A stretch of 63,535 nucleotides of DNA, the filler included, from Octopus bimaculoides (taxonomy: Eukaryota), in NCBI RefSeq assembly GCF_001194135.2. It is 8 parts of 7 records of this genome, joined end to end, with 100 filler letters (N's around TTAATTAATTAA, not from the genome) between each part and the next. Parts side by side here need not be neighbours in the genome. Positions count along the whole stretch, not along the records: positions 47,351 to 55,417 come from NC_068988.1; positions 55,518 to 57,392 come from NW_026376086.1; positions 57,493 to 61,518 come from NC_069003.1; positions 61,619 to 63,535 come from NC_068991.1; 4 more parts are not named here. The stretch is one strand, 5' to 3'. Both the position numbers and the translations under genes were made by a program. Every line of letters starts with the position of its first letter. Position 1 is the stretch's first letter. Positions 53,989-63,535 of the stretch are shown here, piece by piece. Below the pieces are notes generated by a model. It was not told the DNA's origin. It did not search any database and saw only the letters and a list, made by a program, of their open reading frames with translations.

Positions 53989-54275
53989 TTAAACATACAT
54001 ACGTACCCGCAATCACGTACACAAACTTAAATGCACATGCGCTGCCACAATCGCATACATCCATTTATTCGCACATACAGCACCACATACACACACACAC
54101 AGTCAAAAAACACATGCAACTACACAATCACATATACATTTACTTACATACACTACTACATCACATACATACACAGACATAATAGTGAAGACAACCACGT
54201 ACACCCACTCACAGACACCGTAAAACATGATGATCACAAAAACACATACATGCAATACACATTCGCACACACATA

Positions 54276-54306
<31 letters not shown>

Positions 54307-54803
54307 TGTTTGTTTGCAAGATCTTATTGTAATTTTTGATTTGTATCACTTTTGTTTTGTTTAGATTTTCTTGTATTTTTATCCATTATATTTTTTAATT
54401 TAATTTCTTCTTTTTTTTTTGTTTTGTTTTAGTATATATTTTTGCTACGTATTTTTGTGAAGTTTCGTATGATTTTCGTGTCATTCTTTCTTTCTTCCGA
54501 GGTCAAATGTTCAAACAATGTATAGGTTTGATGTTGCTTTATCGATTGACTTATCTGCTCCTAAATAGTGTGTCTGAAGTGGGTACCCCCCCCACACACA
54601 CACACACGTGCAGGCACACACACATACACACGCACACTCACATCTATATATATCTCATATATATGGCTATGTCAGCTTGTGTTTTTTGCTTGCATGAGTC
54701 TACGCGTAAATATGTTACTATGAATATGTGGGTGGTTTGTGTTTAACGTTTGTTCTGTGTATATAAGTTAGTCTTCTGGCTTCACTGAACACTACACACA
54801 CAA

Positions 54804-54845
<42 letters not shown>

Positions 54846-55183
54846 ACAGAAGCAGACTCAGACAGACAGACACGCACACACACGAATACACGTACACACA
54901 AACACATATACGCTTACACGCTCACGCATACCAGCGCACATGTATATTAGTGAATTGTGAAGATATAAAATTTAAATTATATATAGGCGTAAAAGAGGTG
55001 TATATATAAGAAATTCGCTTCGCAATACCGTAGTTCCACGTTTCATAATTTGGTTCGGCATCTTAGTCAAGATTCTACTATAAAAGTTTCTGGATGGCTA
55101 GTATCTGGTCAAGGATATTTTGACAAAAGATATACACGGCACACATGAATACACACACACAAACAAACACAAACGCACTCACA

Positions 55184-55215
<32 letters not shown>

Positions 55216-55330
55216 CGTATATACACATTAGATGTGTAACTTTATATCTGAAAACATACATGCACACTCACACACACGCTCATACAAATATACAGATATG
55301 TATACATATACACACACACGAACGTATGTA

Positions 55331-55417
<87 letters not shown>

Positions 55418-55539
55418 NNNNNNNNNNNNNNNNNNNNNNNNNNNNNNNNNNNNNNNNNNNNTTAATTAATTAANNNNNNNNNNNNNNNNNNNNNNNNNNN
55501 NNNNNNNNNNNNNNNNNCCACAAATCTGGTCGGTGGCTT

Positions 55540-55895
55540 TCAACAGGTTGTCCCGCAGAAATCTCTATGTATACATATGTACATAGATATGCATACATAC
55601 ATATACATATATGTATACATATGTACATATATAGATATATATACATATGTAGCTATATATATATGTATGAAAACTACATAAGGTCCACAGGATTATCATG
55701 CAGATGCACTCTGCATCGACAGCAGATTGCATGCCCAGAATACCGAATGATACCTCTTAGTGAGTATATTGAGAAATGCGCAAAACAAATGCTACCACTC
55801 CTTTCTATCAATGTGCCATTAGAACACCAACACAAATTAGATTAAATAAGGAAACCTTTTTCATTCAAAAATACAAACCCAAACTTAACCATTGC
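55540..55895 (+). mobile_element. PLE GIY-YIG endonuclease 3' fragment (decayed, TA-rich insertion)
   Basis: YENYIRSTGLSCRCTLHRQQIACPEYRMIPLSEYIEKCAK, then after a frameshift KET.FIQKYKPKLN; resembles the PLE C-terminus NYIG.T..LR.R...HRQQI...IP.SEH...E..FI..F.P.LN. Confidence 0.7.
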
Positions 55896-56092
55896 TAACA
55901 CATTTAAATAAGGAAATTCATCACCCCACTGAGAGGGAAAAAAATACAGAACAAAATCATGGTAAATTAATCAAATTCTACCAGCTCCTAGATTTCGATT
56001 ATCTCCCTTATACCGGAAGAAATCCCTAATTACCTCCCCCTATCTAGAACTTTTCTTTTCAGACTGGAGCGAACACATGTTACAATGAAGTA

Positions 56093-56131
56093 GAGAAATT
56101 TGAAAAGACAACACGAAACCGGTTATTTCTC
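56093..56131 (+). ncRNA. Decayed minimal hammerhead in a PLE pseudo-LTR
   Basis: GAGAAAT TTGAAAA G-ACAACA-C GAAA CCGG TT ATTTCTC; 7-bp stem I, palindromic A-CCGG-T, two core substitutions. Confidence 0.6.
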
Positions 56132-56313
56132 CAAATACAATGTTTATATACCAAAAAAATTTTATAACATTTTTCTGACATAATTTAAATATATACTTTA
56201 ACCATGAAACACAAGCCTTCTGTAGCTTTTTCACTCTTATCTTTTAAACATCCAACCACGTGCCTTCACATACCAACTTTCTCACCCATATACTAAAACA
56301 CGTGAGACCGAAA

Positions 56314-57392
56314 ATGCCACAGAAGACCAATACTTCGGATAAAATTACAAACGAGGATATACTTAAAGAACTCAAAAATATTAACTCACATCTCATTTCC
56401 TTAAATAACAAAATCGAGGACTAAAATCTACTCGCCCGGGAAAGGATAAACAGTGAAGTCACTACTCACTACACTGATCAAGTTAGTAATGATTTACAAC
56501 TTTTATGCGCAACCCTCAAATCAATGTACATTAACAAACCTAACAATGAACAACAACCTATTCTACACGATACTGTCGACGAATTCATTTTAAAACAAGA
56601 ACAAATTAGTAAAGATTTAAACACTCTGTGTACTACACTAAAGTCGGTATTCACAAACAAACCGAATAACAGCCAACGCACACCAAATGGAACACATCAG
56701 GATGCCATACTTACACAAGTCAATTTAACAAAAAGAAAAATAGAGAATATTTGGAATACAAATATGATAAAAAATTCCAACAAAGCAGATATTTACGAGG
56801 GATGGATGAACTCAACACCAATTATTCTCCCACGCAAATTTCAGATCAAAACAATACCAAATGAACCTGACGGACAGAGGACCATCAGGGAAAAGTTTGC
56901 ACTATTTCATCTAAAATCAGATATTGAACTACTAAGACTTAGGGCCTCCACTAATGAAGAAAAATATAAAAACATCGACGAAGAGATGCACAGGGAAATA
57001 AACAAACAAACTGAGGGACAACCCCTCGAAAATACCATAAATCTTTGGAAAGAAGTCTGTGAAAAGGAAGAAAGAAACTCTCTCCTACGCTGGGAAAAAA
57101 GCAATGATTTCTTCCAAAGATATGAATCAACTTTTAAACAAGAATTCAGCACAGATAATCCTTTCCTAAAGAAAAGAACTATAAATAATAAACAAAAACT
57201 GAACAACGCACAAACCACCACCAATTTCAACCACTTAATCAACAACAACCCTCCTCATTACCCTCCATACACCATAAATAGAAATCACTTACAACCACCA
57301 CTTTTGAACCACCTAAAACTAAACAGGGAACAAGCTGACAGTCAACGCATTTATGAAATAGATTGCACCAAACCTAAAGATCACCCATACAC
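56314..57392 (+). pseudogene. N-terminal coiled-coil-rich region of a probable PLE polyprotein (one in-frame stop near 56422; ends at an artificial linker)
   Basis: ATG at 56314 is in frame with the 56524 ORF (about 290 open codons); lies directly downstream of the GIY-YIG tail and HHR. The PLE assignment rests on this architecture. Confidence 0.6.
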
Positions 57393-57493
57393 NNNNNNNN
57401 NNNNNNNNNNNNNNNNNNNNNNNNNNNNNNNNNNNNTTAATTAATTAANNNNNNNNNNNNNNNNNNNNNNNNNNNNNNNNNNNNNNNNNNNNA

Positions 57494-58835
57494 CAAGCAT
57501 ACATCGGTTTAAGTCGTTTCGATGTAAGTGGTTCTCGATCATACATCGGTTTTCCAAAATAATATATGGAAAAATAAAGATTACTCGACTTTACGTCTGT
57601 CATAAAATCATTAGAAAACCGTTGAAAGCACATAAAATCATGTTACTGTACAATAAATAAGAATAAAAGCATAAAAAATCATTAAGATATGAACAGTAAA
57701 TGCTAAAATACCCGTGATTCCAGTGATTGCCTTGAATTCAGATTTGTTTACGTTTGTTTATTAGCTACTTTCTCATTGTCATTTATTTGTGACTTTATTT
57801 TTTGCCTCATGGCTCCTAAGAAACTTCATAGTGTAAGTGTTAAGTGTCATGCTATAACGCTAGAAGATCAACTGGCTATGATAAAACGCCATGAAAAGGG
57901 TGAAAAAGTGGTAGCAATTGCACGATCTTTTGGGATGAGTCGGACAACTGTATCGACGATTGTACATAATAAGGATAAGATTTTAGCACACCAGGAATGA
58001 AGAACACTGTCATCAATAAGAAAAGAAGCAAAAATCTTTGAAGAACAGGAAAGTCTTCTTTCTCTTTGGATTGTTAGATTGAATTGTCAGCGTGCTACTA
58101 TTAGCCAAGAAATCATTCAAGAGAAAGCGTTGTCTTTGTTTGAGGACCGGTTTAAAAAATATCCAGATGACAAAGATGTAGAGTTCAAGGAAAGTCAAGG
58201 ATGGTTCATGAGATTTTAAGAAGCGAAGAAGTTATCACTCCATTATGAAGCAAGGTGAAAGTGCATCAGATGACGTCCAAACAGCAGCAGAATTTCCTAA
58301 TGCATTAAAGAAAATTATCGAAGAAAAAGGGTTTCTTCCCGAACAGATTTTTCACATAGACGAAACTGGATTGTATTGGAAAAGATTACAAGACCGTTCA
58401 TTCATTTCCAAGGAGGGAAAAACTATTCCAGGCTACAAGGTCTCAAAAGGACGTGTGGCCATTATGTTGGGAGGTAGTTGTGCAAGAGATTTTAAGTTAA
58501 AGCCATTGTTTATGTATCATGCACACAAATCCCGTTCCCTGAAGAACATACCCAAGGCATCTCTCCCTGTTATATGGATGGCTAATTCAAAAGCATGGGT
58601 TACTGTTGTTTTTGAAGATTGGCTCTTCAATCATTTTATCTCGGCAGCAGAGAAATACTGTAAGAAGAAGGGATTCCTTTTAAGGTTTTACTTGTCTTAG
58701 ATAATGCTCCTGGCCATCTGCAAAACATTGTAGATTTTGACCCCAACGTTACCGTCGTATACCTCCCTCCGAACACCATGTCTCTTCTGCAGCCAATGGA
58801 TCAGGGAATAATTTCTCTCCTCAAGCGTTGCTATA
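57494..58835 (+). mobile_element. pogo/Tigger-like transposon (CENP-B-type HTH plus DDE_1), 3' truncated and frameshifted
   Basis: 5' end CAAGCATACATCGG is Tigger-TIR-like; MAPKK...IARSFGMSRTTVSTIV; EFK.SQGWF.RF; GESAS.D; EQIF.IDETGLYWK; NSKAWVT; LDNAPGH; LPPNT.SLLQPMDQG. Confidence 0.9.
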
Positions 58836-59607
58836 TGAAAGAATACAAAAGGAGAAAAATTAGACGAAAACACAGCAAGTGGAAGATGACAACACCGTAA
58901 GCGAAAAACCAACAATATAAGGTAAACTAGATGATAACATAACAAAAGGGAAACTGGATAAAAACAAGACCCAAGGAACATTCGCAGCCGATTTCCTTTT
59001 CAGTTAATGTCCGGGATGTTCCGGCAGTTTCGCACTTTTTACGATTGAGAACGCTCGATCTCGGGAAAAGCGAACAAATGTATAGAAAGACTAAAACAAA
59101 AAAAGCTAAAATGTCAAGATAGTAATACAAGTACAATAGAAAAGGAATTATATATATACAACCGGGAAAAAACAGTTTTTGTCTATCAGACGACCATAGT
59201 GAGCTGGCGCAAAGAAAAAATGGAAAGTCTTAGACCGAGCAGAACAGACGAACGTGACCATACACACACACACAAACATATATCGCTGAGAAATGCATCA
59301 TTTTCGCGTCTATTCTGGAAAGAGACTATCTGCACACCTTGTTACTCCCTTATTTTTATGATATACTCCATTCAAACAACTCGATTGTAATATCTGAGGA
59401 ATTATAGTTAAATATATGAACTATGTGGTCAAAAATATATATTCCACACTCTAAACTGATATCAATTGTTTGCCTGTTCATTCTTTCTTTCTACAGCACA
59501 TACATACATACATACATACATACATACATAAATATGTGTGCGTGTGTTAGATAGAAAGATAGATAGATAGATAAATTGATAGATGATAGACAGACAGACA
59601 GACAGAC

Positions 59608-59667
<60 letters not shown>

Positions 59668-59799
59668 GGGCATATGTTGAAGTCCTTGTTCATTGTATCT
59701 CGGTGGGCGTCGAAGAGTATTCTACGAATACTTGTATCTGACATTGTACTTGACAAAGCCCAACGTTTGAATTAAATCAACAGCTTCTTTTCCTTTGAT

Positions 59800-59900
59800 T
59801 CTGATGGGTTCTGACTTGAGGCTATGGTAGAAAACACTTGTTCAGTGTGCGACTCGGTGGATTCGAATCTGCGAACACACAATTGCGAAGTGAACTATGT
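59800..59900 (-). mobile_element. SINE S2-like head fragment
   Basis: Reverse complement of GCAGATTCGAATCCACCGAGTCGCAC..TGAACAAGTGTTTTCTACCATAGCC. Confidence 0.5.
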
Positions 59901-59986
59901 TAAGCATACATCTACGCACTTACCTTCGCCTACCCAGCTAACCATCCGGCCATAGACAGACACACACACACGCACGCGTGCGTGCG

Positions 59987-60026
<40 letters not shown>

Positions 60027-60139
60027 TACTGATAAACATGCATATAAACGTGCACGAATACAAAAATATATACATTCATACATATATACATGTAAACTTA
60101 TATACACACGCGCGCACACACGCACACGCACGCGCGCAT

Positions 60140-60172
<33 letters not shown>

Positions 60173-61777
60173 TATATACAAACGGGCATAAATACAAAAA
60201 TATACACATTCATACATATTTAATTACATATATACATATACATACATACATACATATATGCAGACATGTATACAGACATACATATGTATGTACATGCAAT
60301 CATATATACACCACATATAGATAAAAATGTGCATAATTAGAATAAATATATGAATTCACACATGTACGCAATCATACACCAGTGCACATATATTATACGC
60401 AAATAGTCAGACACGTGCCATCTACATCCCAATTCAAAAGAACACGTGCAGACACGTGTATAAACTCACCACCCGAAATGGATACCCCTTTCTCAATATT
60501 GAGACTGAAAAGCCGCCACAGTTTCATTCCGGGTACAGACACCCGTTTTACTTCTACAACTTATAAATACACACACACGCGCGCGCACACACGCACACAC
60601 ACATACACACGCTTACATGCACACACACTCACATACACACTTACACACATACACACACACGCACAACCACAAGCTTATGTACTCATTAACTTTCGCATTC
60701 ATACTCACTTATTCACACACACATAAACGCACACACATACACACACTCAAACTCTTACACACACACACACACACACACATGCATTCCTACACAATGACAT
60801 TGATACACTCACACACTCACGCACAAATACACATTCATTACATATCCTCAGGCTCAGAGACACGCATACACACATACAACATAGACAGACAGGATGATAA
60901 ACAAACGCACACACAATCACCCATAAACATACTCACACTCACGCACACCCTTCACATATACTTACTTACACACAAACGTATACACATACACACACACACA
61001 TCCACAGACATGCACACAAACGCATACAGATACACATCCACATACATACACGCACATGCACACAAACACATATAAACGTATACACATAAACACACATTCA
61101 TACACACACACACACATGCAAACAAACGCATAGAAACGTATGCACATACTTACACACACACATACACACACTCGCGCGCACACTCATTTCACGTACAAAA
61201 GGGTTGGTCTCTTTTGTTTTGTGGTTTTTGTTTTTCGCTTGTCATAATTTTCCTCTCGGCCCCTTTTCCAGTATTTTCTACCTGAACAGGTTCACCTCTC
61301 GTTTGTCCCCAGCGTCTTCTACCCGACCCCAACCAACACTTTTAGTCGTAAAAACCCCTTCTTTCTCCTCACCCTCAGCATGTCACATTATGAACCTTAT
61401 ACCCCACTCTATACTTACACCACCTTACCTCGCCACTCCAATGTACATCCCCCTACACCCCCTACCAACTTATCCCCTACATACACACCTACACGTAAAC
61501 ACACACACACACACACACNNNNNNNNNNNNNNNNNNNNNNNNNNNNNNNNNNNNNNNNNNNNTTAATTAATTAANNNNNNNNNNNNNNNNNNNNNNNNNN
61601 NNNNNNNNNNNNNNNNNNCATCAACACCTTGAGGGAAGCAAGTAATTATTAATTTTTGGCAAAATGAAAAATCTTTTCCTTCTAAAGTATATATGGATCA
61701 AAGATTTCATATTTTTCGCCAGTGTAGCTACATAAAATACACGTAATCCCAATTTACGCCTCTCTCTGTGTGTGTGT

Positions 61778-61825
<48 letters not shown>

Positions 61826-62469
61826 GCGCGCACACACATATACCGAAAGTATGCACAAAAGATTCTGCGTGCATATATATATTTATATAATTGGTATGTT
61901 GCCTAACATTCCATTGTATTTTTTGCACGAAACTTATTGGTAAGAGCAGCAGTGATGGATACTTAATATAATTCGGAATATATATATATACAGATGTATA
62001 CTATCAATATTATAAATTTTCAAATTTTCCTTTTTTATGTAACATAAATGTGTTTATAAGGGGAAAATAGTGAAAAATATCAATCCATATTTGAGTGAGA
62101 AAAACATGAGGGCGGTCTTGCAATGTGCTAGAAACAACAGCCAAACTTCCCTTAAATCACACACTTTTTCCTCGCTCCCTTCCCCAAAATTTTGCCTACA
62201 AATTTCTTTGTAATCGTGATTTACACAGTTTCAAAGGTATTTGTATAAAATTTCATCAAAAAATACCTATTTTCCTGAAAGTTATGAGGCGAGGATGGGT
62301 CGTGTGCATTTTCCGAAACTCCTCTCCTCAACTCCTCCGAAAAAGTTTTCCAGCAAATCTTTACAAATACTCAATCTACAAGGATCTAAGCGATTATTTC
62401 TTCAAAGTTTCCTTAAAAAGTATCAATTTTTATGGAAGTTATGAGGCAACAAGGTCGGAGGTTATACAT

Positions 62470-62745
62470 CTGTAGTTACGTCATGTCTTGTACTATAGCC
62501 TCGGGCTGACCGAGCCTAGTGAGTGGATTTGGTAGACAGAAACTGTAAGAAGCCCGTCGCCTGTGTGTGTGTGTGTTTCATCTCCCATCATTGCTTGACA
62601 TTACATCCTCGAAATTTAACGGTTAGGCAAATGTTGACGACAGTACAAATAAGTCCTGGGGGTCGATTTATTCCACTAAAAGCGGTGCTCCTGCATGACC
62701 GCAGTCAAATTATTGAAATATGTAAAAGAATAAAAGAAAGGAACC
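62470..62745 (+). mobile_element. SINE S2, 5' truncated
   Basis: ACTATAGCCTCGGGCTGACC...GTGAGTGGATTTGGTAGAC...AAGCCCGTC (GT)n, then the S2 tail. Confidence 0.8.
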
Positions 62746-62869
62746 CATTGTCTTATGCGCGCGACGAGATGGATAGTATATGCGTGTTCCCTGATTGTAA
62801 TTTCAGCCAGTTCAAATATGTATGAATGCCTGGTAGTCATTCATATATATATATATATATGTATATATA

Positions 62870-63535
62870 TCCCTATTTTGGTGCTATTCACCTCGAATAA
62901 GCACCGCATCCTCATTACACGACGGCTCGTTATAGCAGTGAGCGTGTTACCTAGAAGGCCTATGGTCCGCATTGGTAACTAACATGAACTCTGGAGAGTC
63001 AGCTATTTCTGAGGCATATTTAAAACTGCGAACATCTCCTGGACCTGATGTATTAAGGCTAGGTCGGTCCCAGATAAGAAGGACTGCCGTCTGGCGGCCT
63101 GGTTTGCGTAATCGCCAACAAAGTAAAGTTGTAGAAACTGAGACGAGGCAGTATCGATTGGCTGAAGAGAACCAAGCCTGTGATATATTTGCCCCTGAAC
63201 TTTAAAGGGTGGCATGAATTGTCCTTCTCTAATGATGTTAGCCCCGAATGAAGTAACTTGGGAGGTGCAAATGCGCTTAAGAAATTCGGTAGAGAAAGGC
63301 GAAGCACCAGTCAAAAGGTCAACCAAAAGACCGGGGGGAATCTTCTAATGGAGGTATTTTAATCTTGCCATTTGAGCAGCACGTGCCTGTGGTTTCCCTG
63401 GGCCACATTTTGGCCTGACAAAAATCGTAGATCCTACTCATTGCACCAGTTGTAATGTCCGATCTGCTGCTGTAGTTGCAACTGGGACCGTAAGTGAAAG
63501 CTGTTAATGACCAAAACTTACTTGAGGGCCGTTGA
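62870..63535 (-). mobile_element. Helitron RepHel N-terminal fragment, frameshifted
   Basis: CQAKMWPRETTGTCCSNGKIKIPPL (Zn-finger-like), TSFGA..I.EG.FMP.FKVQGQIYHRLGSL.P....QFLQLYFVGD, and VRSFKYA...AD.RP...H...YN.P..NE.AVLI; these are Helitron Rep-associated motifs. Confidence 0.9.

Overview
Very AT-rich, microsatellite-saturated eukaryotic draft scaffold with about 5 kb of N. The repeat landscape looks like a coleoid cephalopod (Octopus-type); this is inferred from pattern recall and not verified. I cannot support any host protein-coding exon, tRNA, rRNA or CRISPR array. Most ORF-track entries are translated microsatellites or gaps. The recognisable content is mobile DNA: several tRNA-derived SINE families, and fragments of RTE, L1/Tx1 and possibly R4-type LINEs. 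There are also mariner, rosa-like (inferred DD41D) and pogo/Tigger transposons, a Helitron Rep fragment, and three Penelope-like (PLE, GIY-YIG-type) loci. The most interesting layer is not in the ORF track: a set of sequence-unrelated minimal type-I hammerhead ribozyme (HHR) folds. Three look essentially intact (5691-5751 +, 47186-47230 -, and 43899-43938 - with a CCGAUGA core variant). One has an intact core but a weakened stem I (11730-11775 -), and three are decayed (13872-13916, 28593-28640, 56093-56131). Several have palindromic stem III and sit in short non-coding elements whose 3' ends abut (TA)n tracts. One lies in the pseudo-LTR of a partial-tandem PLE. Together they suggest a PLE plus retrozyme-like ribozyme-element system. 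Seven 100-bp N44-TTAATTAATTAA-N44 linkers are artificial joins, so adjacency across them is unproven.
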